From the NCBI GenBank assembly GCA_000165425.1, contig CT868019.1, positions 372,001-436,000 of the forward strand: a stretch of 64,000 nt of DNA, in the 5' to 3' direction. Source of the DNA: Paramecium tetraurelia. Its lineage: Eukaryota. Position 1 is the first letter of the stretch. Each line of letters begins with the position of its first letter. Positions 1 through 15,587 of the stretch are shown here, piece after piece. Below the pieces are notes generated by a model that did no database searches, had not been told where the DNA came from, and worked only from the letters and a program-made list of their open reading frames with translations. The position numbers were made by a program, and so were the translations under genes.

Positions 1-13
1 AAAGGTTGTTAAA

Positions 14-1161
14 ATGTTAGTGGAGATTTCAATCGCTTAAATTGCTACTCCAATTAACAATGAAGTTCAATTAATTATTATACTTGCACTATCATTAGAT
101 ATTGATAAATTTATTTAAATTAACATGACAGATGGTTTTATGAGAGCCTCAAAATCGTTTATGCTACAAAACGGTAGCAAATAAGATCTCTGCTCTGTTG
201 ATGTGTCTTTAGACCCATTCCGACTAATAAGACCTATAGCAGCTGTTTAAACTTCTTTTGAAAAAATTATGCATTATTAGTCTACTGATTAGCCTTATTC
301 CCCCAATCCTTATTGTATTAAATTTCTGTGTTATTTTTGTAGATATTCAATATTCTAATGATGGGCAGGAGGTGTGCAACATAATGAATAGTCAAAATAG
401 ATGCCTATTCAATAATTCATTAGAAGGTAAATTGTGGTTACAAAAGCCCACAGATATCTAACTATCACAGGTAAAGCAATCTACCAGTGCTCAGCCATTA
501 AATGTATCGCCTTTAGCATCTTAACTTCCGCATGTTGAACAAGCGCAGTAGAAACATGTTAAATCTATAAAAGAAGAAAAGCACTTTTTAAAAGAGCAGC
601 TTAAATTCTTTAAAGAAGATTCTATATAGAGTGAGGAAGTACTGAATGCAGAGGAAAGCAGTATTTGCTAAAAACCCAAAAAAAAGAACAATCTAAGGGG
701 CAAGCGACATAAGCATACAAGTGATAGTTCTGAATCCTTTAGAATCAGTAGAAAGAAAAAAACATCTAAGGTGAACGATACAAAAAACATTACAAAAAAT
801 TACTCAAAAGCCATAATTTCATACATTTTCAACAATCCTGAGTTAGTTTAAAAAATAATGTCTAAACATAGATATGACGATTTCATTAATTTCTTAAAAA
901 ATAAAAAAAATCAAATGACCAATATAAAATAACTTAGAGACTTATGGGTGGATGGTGGCAAAAATTCTGAGTTTAATCGAGTCTTTAGAATTATAAGGTA
1001 ATATAAATTTACTATTAAGTTAACAATTTTTAAAATCTCAAGCTGTCTCTTATGTTTATAACTCTAGAATTTCAAATACTTAATGGCATTTGAAATATAG
1101 ATTCAACCTACTCAGAGCACTTAGAGAGCCAGAAAACTTCAAATTCATTAAAGATATCTGA
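14..1161 (+). CDS. Hypothetical protein with a C-terminal 'KNITKNYSKAIISYI' domain (5' end may lie upstream of the window)
   Basis: Continuous table-6 frame from ATG 14, one intron at about 998-1019 (gtaatataaatttactattaag), TGA at 1159-1161. Confidence 0.75.
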
Positions 1162-2267
1162 CATAAATTTGATAATATTTATTAAAATTGTAAACTAGTC
1201 CAAATTTATTGATAAGAAAAAGTAATTTTCCAAACTATTTCTTTTAAAATAAAACATTGTATGATCATGATAAATGCAACAATTATAAAATAATCAATAA
1301 GTATATTCGAAGTAATTATTAAAAATCACTAATAATCACTGAATAGAAAATTGCATAATTCGCCGATTGAAAATAAACTCTATAAAAATATTATAAAAAT
1401 CTGTATATTTAAAATTATACATCTAGTTAATTATTTACTATGCCACATTAATCTCTTAAACTAACTATGCAAATAATTTAGCAAGCCTCAACTATATACT
1501 TTTCATCCTTAAATGAATGAATGTAAAATAAGTTCTTGAGTTATTTTGGGATATAAATTAATCAATAATGAAAGTGATTCCTTACATTATATATATGAAT
1601 TAATTCAATAAGCCTATTACTTTATTAAGATTAAAAATGTCAAACTAAAATGTTTTATTATCTTATCCTATAAAGTAAATGAACATAGAAGGAATTTTCC
1701 ATATGGTTATTCAAAAGAAGAAAATGTCCACAAAAATAAATCACTTATATCTTTGATCTGTGTATATTTTCTAACATCTAGAATGAATAATTGACTCATA
1801 AATACTAGAAGAATTATTAGAATAGATAACTCAATTTATGGCTTAAAAATAAACATTTCTTTTGCTTATGGATTAGTATCATTCATACTTAACTTATTGT
1901 ATTCCTTAAGTATTCCTAGAAATAATTAAGTGAATATTTTCTACTTTCAACCTATTTAAGAGATAAATTAATTTTTTTTAAAGTTCCATTTTTGATATGG
2001 AAATTTAAAACTCTCTTCTTTCTTGACTTCAGACTAAATTTAGATTTATTATTAGTATTTAATTATAAAGATGATATTCCATGATTTATCTATTCTCATC
2101 AAAGATTATAATATTCTAATTGATTAAAAGAGATCTTTCAATCTATTAGATGAAGATATGTGTAGTTGATATAGATTTGAATCCTTCATGCAATTGTTTT
2201 TCTTATTTGTTTTACATATCCTTTGATTGTATACTATATTTAAAAAAATAATGTGTCAGTCAATAAT

Positions 2268-3001
2268 TCAATTCAAAGAAATAGCCAATCTAAAATCTTT
2301 AAAACAATATTGACTCTCACTAGAGAACCTTTGATGTTTAACTAAAATCCAAACTCCATTTTTTGATTTTTTTTCTTAAAATCCATCAACCAAGAATATC
2401 CTTCCATTCATGACTTTAATATGAGCATGTTAACGTGATGAACACATGGTTGGATTAACCATTTAAATTTATTCAAATTTAGAGTCTTATTCTGATGTCT
2501 TTTTATCAAAAACAATGTTCATGCTCTCTTTTATCATAAAAGATTGATTGTCAATCATAATATCTCCTTACTAAATTTGAATAAATCATTTGTTTTGTCC
2601 TGCTGGTAACCCAACATAATACTCTTCTCCTCTGAATAACTCTTATTATTTTGTAACTCTTTCGTAGATTCCATCATTTTACAAATTTACGACCACTTAT
2701 ATAGTATGATTATTAATTATCCTAAAATTAAATCTCATAATAATACATAGGGTAGATTAAACTCAATATATCATCTTATTAATAAGTATAATTAATTTCT
2801 TAGAGTAAATCCTTATTTAAATTAGTAATGGTGGATTATTTTAATACAAGACCGCTATCAATATCAAACTTTTAGTGGCATTTATTTATTATATTAGTTA
2901 TAACCACTCTATTTATTAGAATGAGATTACTTTTACAATTTCTCTTAAGTAAAACTGCTTAAAATGTCAATTGAGACCCTTGATTTAGTTTAATAATCCA
3001 T
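2268..3001 (-). pseudogene. FHA-domain-like gene interrupted by an in-frame TGA (pseudogene, sequence error or unusual splice)
   Basis: SSRQHAHIKVMNGRIFLVDG..KSKNGVWI matches the FHA SRxH..D..SxNG pattern. 25-nt intron at about 2722-2746. In-frame TGA at 2586-2588. Confidence 0.5.
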
Positions 3002-3463
3002 TATATATAATAATAAATTCTAAGTTATTATCAAAATATAAAACTAAATATTATAACTCCGATTTTTTAATTTTATTGAAATGAAAGGAGAAAGAATCTC
3101 TTTTTTTTGTTTTCTAGTCGACAATTATTAACTAAGAATTAATAATTGGTGATGGGAATCAATAAATTGTTCAATATTTATATGAAATTCAAAAAATATG
3201 GTATAATAATCAAAGTATTAAACCTTAATGATGAAATTTCAAATTTTATTAATGCATCGCATGGATCTTTGGATATTGTAACCACCAACCTGCACAAATT
3301 CCTAAAACAATTCACTTCAGAGTAAATTACAAGAAGGAGTTGATATTTAGTTATTTATCAATTTTATTTGAAATGCTTCTTCTCTATAAGCATTTTAGCT
3401 TTCTTTAAAGCCGTTAAGATTTAAGTGAAGGTAAATGTTTTTAATTATTTATTATTTTTTATA

Positions 3464-4725
3464 ATGGGTAATAAAATTAATCGTATACAAGACGAAGAAG
3501 ATTCTATAAAAGTTTATTTGGAGTTAAATTAAACAAAGTTATAGTTGAATAAAAATTTAGAAGGCAAAGTTATCTTTAAAGTTCCACCCTAAATATAAGG
3601 GTAGTTTGATTTGAATTTAAAGGTATATTTATTTATCCCAATTAGATTTATGGTCTTGAAAATGCTGAATATAACTTCAAAGAAAAAAATAAAAGCATTT
3701 ATTAATATTCTGTGAAGAATCATGAATTCTTTGAGAAGACTCTAAGCCTAGTTTATAATGAAAGGTAAAAATGATTATTAAAAGGCATTAAGAATTTAAG
3801 TTGATGAATATCTGTTCGTACCCTTTGATTGGAATCCAGAGATTTCAATCCCCTCGCTCGATTATAAATATAGTGCGGACTTGATAGTTTCTAGAGAATA
3901 TATATTGGAAGCTATATTAATTGTTAAAAATCAACGAAATAAAAAATTTTAGTAGAAGTGGCAATAGAAAGTTTTATTTTATAAAGATTCTGATGAATAA
4001 CTCTAAATAATGAAAGATTCGGAGAAAAAATAAAATCAGAAAGTTGATGCAATAACAACATATAAATGGTTTAGATAATAAAAAGGGGTATTGGATTTAA
4101 TTTAAATTTAGTTAGTTTTTGTATCGTTTGAGGCTGATAAAAGCATAATTTTTAATGGTGATTATTTAAATGTGACTGCTGACGTAGATAACACGTTTGG
4201 ATATCTAAAAATTTAATCTGCAAAAATATTATTCTATTTAGAATTTATTATAAAAGAAGAATTTTTATAGGGAATGCCGAAAGTACTACTGTGTGAAGAG
4301 ATGTTAGTAGTAACAGATCAGAATAAATATTTTGGGAAGATGAATTTTTAAATAACTGACAAATTAAATCTACCTTATGAATCAGTTTCTGAAAGAGTAG
4401 GTTGCAGATATATTGTAGTTTTGTAATTGATTTTTGAATGTAAAAATATTACTATTCTGAAGAACTTTGTTTAGGATCAGGAGTTGATAATGTGGAATTT
4501 ATACTCCCTTACATGGATTACTGTAGAGACAATAAGGACAATGCAGAACCATAATTGGAATGCTACACAGAAATAAAAAACATAGATAGTCTTAATAAGT
4601 TTATGAGTCCAAATTATCAATTACTATCTGGAAGATAACAAATTAGAAATCAAAATACAGATTTTTTAACGAATAGAGAAACTAGAGTGGCATAGCAATC
4701 ATAAATTCTCATATGGAAGAATTGA
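3464..4725 (+). CDS. Arrestin-fold (alpha-arrestin-like) protein with a possible N-myristoyl site (MGNK)
   Basis: LEGKVIFKVP..LNLKIYGLENAE and PFDW..IPSLDY..YILEAIL resemble the arrestin N-domain. Four short GT-AG introns restore the frame. Confidence 0.6.
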
Positions 4726-4806
4726 GAAGATTTATAATTTAATGATTTTTGCTGATTTTTATTAAATTAAATATTTTCTAAGCAATAATTTATTTAATTA
4801 TTAATT

Positions 4807-5408
4807 ATGGAAAAGCTGAGTGTGGAAATATTGAAACAAATAAAATCAAACACTCAAATTAGGTATTAATAAGATGACAATTGTGTTGTAATATCCGTAC
4901 ATGGACCTTACTAAATTGGATCATAAAAAGCAAACTAATGTATTATAATACAACGATTTAGAGGCTATCCTTGATATACAGATCAAATTTGAGTAGGATA
5001 AATCTTTAGAATATCAATTGAAATCCATTTTTGAACAAGTTCTCAATTTACAAGAATACCCCTAGTAACAGATAAGGGTTTCTTGCATTATCTAAATTAA
5101 TACAATCAATGTATACATCCATTTCAAACATCAAATAGATATTTTCAACCTTATGCAATGGAATCATGATAGCCTTATTGCATCAAGGCATATCCATGAG
5201 CAAATCCATCTATAGTATCACAATAAATAACACTCGTTTGGTATTTCAACAAATCACTAATGATTTGCTCTTTATAGACAACAAAAAGTCATAACCAATT
5301 GATTAAACCATGGACTAGATTAAGGAAGGAATAAGTAAAGCTCAACTGTTTGAATAATGGCTTCGCAGTTATTTATATGAATATTATGTAAATAATAATT
5401 TGTTATGA
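4807..5408 (+). CDS. Exosome RNase PH-like subunit, Rrp46-like
   Basis: VISVHGPYQ..AILDIQIK..LKSIFEQVLNLQEYPQQQIRVSCII..LCNGIMIALLHQGISM; two short introns. Confidence 0.65.
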
Positions 5409-5445
5409 CACAAATAAATATAATTAGACTTCTTCTTCCAATTCA

Positions 5446-8026
<2,581 letters not shown>

Positions 8027-8345
8027 TAGTTTAATACAATAATTATGTCTATAATCAATTAAATTATTTCAAGATTATAAAAATAGTAAATTATTTTTAA
8101 GAAATTGAATCAAATAAGATTGGTTGGGAGTGAGATACTAATAATGTAAATGATGTTAATAATGTGATTTTAGATTTGAGTAGCTCAAATTAAAAAAGTT
8201 GTTCAAAATGTGCAAGAATAATTACTCTGAGTAATGAACTATGGAATTGATTGTAATATGTTGTCAAATGTAGAGGGAGTAAGTTGAATCAAATAAAAAT
8301 AGAAAATATGAGAGATTTATTATGAATTAATTAATTAACAGTCAT

Positions 8346-9664
8346 ATGGGTTAAGCTAATTGTGCTTGTGTTAAGACTGTCAATTTTGATCACAATCAAA
8401 TTGAGAGTGACAAGAAATTAAGAGTGAGCAGAAAAGAACAATAAATTGAAGATGAGGAGATTAAATTATTAAGATGCATTATCAAGATTTAAGCATTATT
8501 GAGAGGATGGATAGTCAGAAAGAAATATCATTATGTTTAGGTTCAATTATACAACAGCAAAGTGAACAATATCTTAAAATAATTCTCATTAACACATTTA
8601 TCCAAATTCAGCAAAGTATTACAATAGTTGCACCATTTATTTAGATGGCTCCATTTCCTTTCTCAGAACATAGATATTAAGATAATGAAAGTGAGGCCTA
8701 CGAAAATAGATTTTTTAGGAATGCTGTCTTATTGGAAAATGGAGCAATCTACATTGGAGAATGGTTTGGAGATAAGAAATTCGGAAAAGGCATTCAAATA
8801 TGGAAGGATGGATCAATATATGAAGGCTTTTGGGTTAAAGATATGGCTAATGGAAAAGGGAGGTTGTATCACGCCAATGGAGATATCTACGATGGAGTAT
8901 TAATACATAAATCATTAGGATTGGGAAGATCATAAATCTAAAGGTTATGGAATATATATTCATTCTGATGGAGCTAGATATGAAGGTAATTGGAATAATG
9001 ATTAATAAAATGGATTTGGTATTGAAATCTGGCCAGATGGAGCAAAACATGAAGGAGAATACTAGAATGGAGTTAAACATGGAAAAGGGAAGTTTGGTAA
9101 TTATAAATCAATGAAGATTTTAGTTTGGGCTGATAAAGCTTAGTATTGTGGTCAATTCTTAAACAATCAGATTAATGGGATAGGCAGATATTCTTGGCCT
9201 GATGGTAGAAAGTACTGTGGAGAATGGCTAAATAATAAGATGCATGGTTTAGGCCTATTTTAATGGAGTGATGGAAGAGTCTACATTGGTGAATATATAG
9301 ATGACAAAAAGCATGGATAAGGAATTTTCGAATGGTAATAGACTTATCTTATTAAAATAGGCCTGATGGTAAGAAATATATTGGATTTTGGGCTGAAGGT
9401 AAATAACATGGGAGAGGCATCTTTATAGCTGGGTAATAAAGAAAATAAGGGGAATGGAAAAATGGGAATAGGGAAAGATGGATCATTTTTGATTCAGATA
9501 ACGAATTGGATTTAATGGAAAAGAAGATGTCACAGCTAAAAGTGTAATATTCTTAAATTACTGAAACACAACTATTAGATAAATCAAAAAAGGCATTGCC
9601 ATTGCCTAATAATTCTTTAATTAAAGGAGAGAAGTTCAAGCCTCTTCAGAATCATAATTCTTGA
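8346..9664 (+). CDS. IQ-motif and MORN-repeat protein with N-terminal MGQANCAC (possible dual acylation)
   Basis: [14 protein letters not shown] (IQ motif); repeated YxGxWxxxxxxGxG MORN units; three short introns. Confidence 0.9.
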
Positions 9665-9814
9665 TTAATACAAAATAGACTCATGTTCTTAGATATTTTA
9701 ACATTATTTTATATCAAACATAGATCATCCTTTTAGATATAAGATGTTCTTAACATATAAAAGAACATTTTTATAATTAATTAAATGACGATTAACTCTA
9801 AATATTTTATAACT

Positions 9815-10505
9815 TCATTTTTATGCAAATTAAGAGAACTCTTATTTCATTTATTGTTCTTTTAGTTTTTGTTCATAAAAGATCTTTTCTTTCAATTCTC
9901 CATTTTATTCTTTAGCAAGTCTTACTTATTCTTCAGCCAACTTTCTTGCCTCTTGGTCTTTCTTTCTAAATGTGTTAATAATTCAAATTTACAATTTTTC
10001 TGGATCAGATTCATATTAACCTATTTCTTGCATCAAAGTGACGAAGACTTCTTTTAATTTTTTGAACATGTCTTTCTTAATTAAGTCTTTGCACTTATCA
10101 GAAATGGCTGTTTTAGTATTGCAGCTTATGTGAATTATTTCGAAATCGTTATCCAAAGAATTCAAGTCTTTAATTTTATATGTTCCCTCAGCCTCATGAT
10201 CTTAATTGACACCTTAATATTCAACTTTTATATATACCATGCCATTCAACTTCTATATCGAAATCGTAAATCAAAACTTGTTTGCCCTTCCTGATGTTAA
10301 CTTAAGCCTTTCAATAGTTAAACAATCTTACATCTCCAGTGATTGACTTCACAACCTAATTGAACAAAGTTATATCTCCAGATTCAATTTTGCATGATTT
10401 GATCTTAGATTCAATCAATTGCTTTGAAATTGGAGTGTAATTTTTCTCCTCCCAATGCCAACTATTTGGATTCCAAAGTGAACCTGCTCCTTATTGTTTA
10501 GCCAT
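9815..10505 (-). CDS. AHA1: Activator of Hsp90 ATPase, N-terminal domain protein
   Basis: GSLWNPNSWHWEEKN signature; RKGKQVLIYDFDIEVEWHG. Confidence 0.88.
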
Positions 10506-11277
10506 TTGTTATATTTTTAATTGAACTAATTAATATTGCTGGATTCATTTTATTGTCATCATAATTATCTAGAACTTTCGATAATTAGAATTAAGATGTT
10601 ATAAAATTTCCATTTTTAATCTCGAGAATACTTTTCTTATAAGTACTATTTCCTATTAATTATTCAACAATTTCCACTAATCATCTAACAAAGAATGCTA
10701 ATAATTTAATTATGAACAAAAGAAGAACATGAATGTGTTAAAATCAATTATTTTTATTTAATATATATATAATTTATATATAAATACTAAAATAAATAGT
10801 TTAAATGAAATTATCTTGAAAGTTATGAAATAATTATAATTATCATAGAAATTAAATTTAAAATTTGGAGGCTCTCCCAATTAAAATAAGTTCATTAAAG
10901 GCTAAAAAAAAAAGTATTCAGGATTTGAAATGCTTTGGATGTATGATTTTTCAGTTTTAGAAATCAAAAACGCGATTATCTGAATTTCTAAAATTGGTTA
11001 ATTTGAATTATTGAATTTCTACTCATAATATCAATGAATAAATATTTCATGATTAATATTATTTTTGTTGATGTTTAAGAATTATTATGATGGTCTTTTG
11101 ATTAAGCTCATTTTCAATCCTTAAAACACTATTTCTAAATTTTCACCTATATTCATTTTATAAAAGTACTGATATTTATTTACTTAATTGGTTCATCCAT
11201 GTAATCTATTTGATCACAATATTTTTTAAATAAGTAATATATTATTAAAAGGTTATACAATAATATATAAAATAGTT

Positions 11278-13959
11278 ATGGATGAAGTATTAATGACTTA
11301 GCGAATGGGACCATCTGCACTGACTCAATAGTTAACTTCTAAGTAGGAGTCGCCATCCAATCTAATGCAAGAAGATGAATATCAAGCATAAAGCTAAAGA
11401 GATATCATCGAGAACAAGAGCATAGATATGAATATGTCTAGGTTAGACAGTAAAGTAATAAAATAAACTTATCACAGACCGAATTTAAGAAGCATGCATT
11501 ATTCTTAACAAATAGAATCTCAAGAACAATTTAACCATAGAAGTAATCCCATTTTTTGTAAAACTTTAAATTGTAGTAACACGTTCATCGATTCATTAAT
11601 AATTTATTTACAAACTCTTATATTCTGAGAAATACTCAGAAGTAAAAAATAAAAGATAAGTTACTTGAATAATAATTTATTTCTTAACATAAAAAAAGGG
11701 GTAATTAAATTTTTAATAATCAAGATTATGAGAATGATTCAGTTATTCCAATATTTTTGCCATCTACAAATTCAATTATTTTATGGGACATTCTTGGATT
11801 TGTATGTAATCTAATGATGCTTTGGCTCACTCCATTCCTTGGAGCCTTTAATAATTACTACAATGAAACAATATCAGTGCTGCAATCAATTATATTAATA
11901 TATCTAATTTTTGATTTTTTAGCACAATTTAATAGAGGAATATTTGTGTCCGCAGTTTTGATAACGAATAGGAAGATGATCATTAATCAATATTTAAAAT
12001 CAAATGCTTTGTCAGATTTTTTAAGATTATTTATATGGGCTGATCTCAAATATTCATTGTTGTCTACTTTTTGGTTTGAAATCATGATAGTGCTGCAAAT
12101 AATATTAATATATTAGAAGCTACTCAGATATTTATCAGAGTATTATTATCAATATATCTATTCAAAGGGAGGATAAAACTTTGTATTAGATTTAGTTTAG
12201 TTGATCATTCAAATTTATTATTTTGCCCATATCATTGCATGTATATGGCATTACGTCGGTGAGAATACTTACTATTTGCAGAATTCATGGATTATATAAA
12301 ACTAATTAAGCGAAGAAACAGTTTGGCATAGATACAATTCTGCTTTTTACTGGGCAACAATGACAATGACAACTGTAGGCTATGGAGATTTTTCGGCAAA
12401 AAACTAAGTTGAAATGATTGTCTCTTCTTTGATAATGTTTTTTTCTAGTTATGCTTTCGCTTATACAATGAGTTCAATTGGCATAATCCTCAAAAATGTT
12501 TATGATACAAAGCAAACTTATAAGTATGAATACCAGTATAATTAGAAAGAACCTAATTTAAATGATTTAATATATGAGTAAGAACTAAGTTGATGAATCT
12601 ACTTAAGGAAGAATAAGGGATTACTTAAGATTCTAATAGGCCCAAGAAAAGAAGGAGAATTAGGATGAAATTGCAAACATTATTAATCAATTGCCTAAGA
12701 ATTTATAATAAGATTTAAATTCAGATATATAATCTAGAGTAATTCGAAAGATGAGCTTGATTATAAATCATTTCTCAAAGTTTACATAATAATAGGTTGC
12801 TAAAAACCTAGAACTGATCTAATTTATTCCTGGAGATATTATATATAAATAAGGTGATCAACATGAAGATAATTTGTAATATTGTAATTAATTTTAAGAT
12901 ATTTTTTATCAACTGGAGATGCTATCTTGAAAGAAATTCAAACTGACTAATAACTCAGATCTATCAAATCCTCTCAATATTTAGGGTATTATTGTTTTTT
13001 TACTGGATTTCCTCCAAAAGAAACCGCTATTTGTCAAAGTCCAAGTGAACTATATAAAATCAGTAGGAGGAAATTTCTGGATATTGTTCGATAAAACCAA
13101 AAGGATTTCGAAATCTTCCATCACATTAAAGAGAAGTTGATCTTTTAAACAAATTATGTCCTTTTTGATCATAAATGTAACTTTTGTAATAGGTATATCC
13201 ATCAAGAAATTGATTGTCCTTTGATTTAATATAAACCTGATTTAGAAGCTATAGTGAAGAAATAAGAATTTAATCAAATTTTAAATCTTAGGAGATCAAT
13301 TATTAGAACTAAGAGAAAGCATCATGCATTAAGCTAAAATCAACCTATTGAACAATAACTGAAATTATTTTAGTAAGACAATCAATTTTGTGATGATACA
13401 GATTCTGAATAGGATGGTAAATTTAGGAAAGAAAAATCAATATTTTCAGATCAATAAAAAAGTTCATTATAATTATTAGTAAATGAAGAGGATGGTCTCA
13501 TTGAAAATAATTCATCTAGATAAAATTAAAAAAGAATATCATAACATTATGGTCCATTAAAATTATAAAAAAGTATCTTGTATTTAAATTTTAGTGTCGT
13601 CATTCTCAAAGTAGAAAATAGGATATGTAGAATAGAAAACTTCTATTAGAAGAACATACCTTTAAAATGAAGAGTAGATTGTAATCAAAAGTTAAAGTAT
13701 GATTGAGGAAATGCAATTGTTAATATAAAAATAATTTAAATCCTCTTTCAATTTGGATAAGGTATGTGATGCATTTCATAATTATATGCCTCAATATACA
13801 ATTGAATCATAAATAAGAGAATTATAAAAAGTATAGAAAAAAAGACAGAAAAGATTTTGGAAATAAGACTAAAAACTGGGGAAATACACATTTTCTAATA
13901 ATGTTAAAGTGTTGGCGCTAAAAATACTTAATTAAGGCAGAAGAGTGAGCAAACTTTGA
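11278..13959 (+). CDS. EAG/CNG-family K+ channel with a cNMP-binding homology domain (channel 1)
   Basis: Pore FYWATMTMTTVGYGD, AHIIACIWH, C-linker and PGDIIYKQGD; several short introns. Confidence 0.92.
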
Positions 13960-14098
13960 TTTTATATTTTATAATGATAATTACATGAATTATTTTAATT
14001 CTGATCATCAAGCATCTTTAAAGATAATGAAGTTTTCAAATAAAATTATATAATATAATATTAATTTTAGATATTATAACTAATTCATTTTTTTAAAT

Positions 14099-14701
14099 AT
14101 GATGCCCATATACTGCAATTAAAATTTTTTCGAAATAGCACTTTTAAACTTTTGCTCATCTTCTTACCAATACCTGCATCACTTCTTCGATAAGAATGTT
14201 GAACAACAGTAGCAAATCAAATAGGAAGAGCTGCTGCCTGAGGTAAAAAATGAAGAAAACTCATAATAACAAGAGAAAAATCTGAAACTTGTCGAATATC
14301 AAAACACAAACTAGAGGGAAGATAAAAAAATACATATATTTCCTGGATAAAGTAAGAATTATTATAAGAACATGAGTTAGAAGATAGTAAAATTCATTTT
14401 TGAACACTTTTAAGATGATGAACGAGTTATGAATGACTCACACATTAAAAAATTCGTCAAGATACCTAGCCAAAGTTTCAATAGGGATTCAATTTTAAAA
14501 CTTAAAAAATCTAAATTAGCTAGAAGAATTCTAAGACTATTCTTTGCTAATTTAAAATGGGTTAGACCCTTCATCTCCTAAAATAAAGCCGAGCTGACTC
14601 TATATTTTAGATATAACAAATAGCTTTATTGTCCATAGAAATCCTAATAACAAAATTAATCACATTAAGCAAGGCAAGACTGTATTAAACAAGAAGAATG
14701 A
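14099..14701 (+). CDS. Hypothetical protein with a 'KNYYKNMSQKIVKFI' domain
   Basis: Intronless table-6 ORF; motif spacing resembles the C-terminal domain of the gene at 14-1161. Confidence 0.7.
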
Positions 14702-14871
14702 TAAATATATAAAACCAATACTATATAAATATATGTTTTATATAAATTAAATAATTACATCATTTGTAAATTCTTTTTCTTTTTTGAAAATGAACATAAG
14801 AATTTATTATAATAATAATAACAATGATTTTTTCGTTTATAAATTTCATTAGAATATATGAATGATATTTT

Positions 14872-15483
14872 ATGAATCCTAAATACACTTATCGCAAAAA
14901 GTAAGTGACCAATGCAGAAAAATAACAGATACTCAAAATCCTAGGAAACAACCCAACAGATAAATAAATTGAATACATTGCTCATGAAAATGACTTGAAA
15001 ACCAGAACCATCAAGGCATGGCTAAAAAACAAGTAGCAATTTTGTTCTGAAAATAAACATACCTCTGATTCAGAAGACAATCAATACAATAAAAAAAAGT
15101 CCAAAGAAGATAAAGCACTTTTTGATTATGAGAGGCACTTTAACCAAAACTCAAACTAATACAATTATGAAATTACTAATTCAGATTTACTTATGAAAAA
15201 AAATGGCAATCTCAATGATTCCAAGTAGTTATAGAATGGGCTGGCATTTCCTTTATCACATATCTCTGCACAAGGAGAGAAAAGTTAGTAAAGGTAATAG
15301 GACAAATATGCCTTATAAAATTTTGAATCATTAGCCTTACTATTAGATCAAAACGATGAAATTCATTAACTCATTTCTTTATTTTAGAATTAAGAGAGAT
15401 AAATTGAAAATATCAAAAAGGTTTAACAAGATATTTTGGAATACATGTGCTCTCATCTAACCAAAAAACCAAAGAGGATATGA
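14872..15483 (+). CDS. Putative HTH (homeodomain- or CENP-B-like) DNA-binding protein with a C-terminal coiled coil
   Basis: YRKKQVTNAEKQQILKILGNNPTDKQIEYIAHENDLKTRTIKAWLKNKQ; intronless ORF. Confidence 0.6.
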
Positions 15484-15587
15484 TTATATCAATCTAACCA
15501 AAAAAAAAGGAGAATTTGATCTTATCATTATCTATATATATATGGATAACATTTATATAAATAGTTCAATTTACAATATAAATATAT

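Noticed and set aside
3182..3343. 53-codon plus-strand ORF between divergent genes
   Set aside because: Too short, with no motif or intron support
4440..4462. Apparent frameshift in the arrestin-like gene
   Set aside because: Resolved by the 23-nt intron gtaaaaatattactattctgaag
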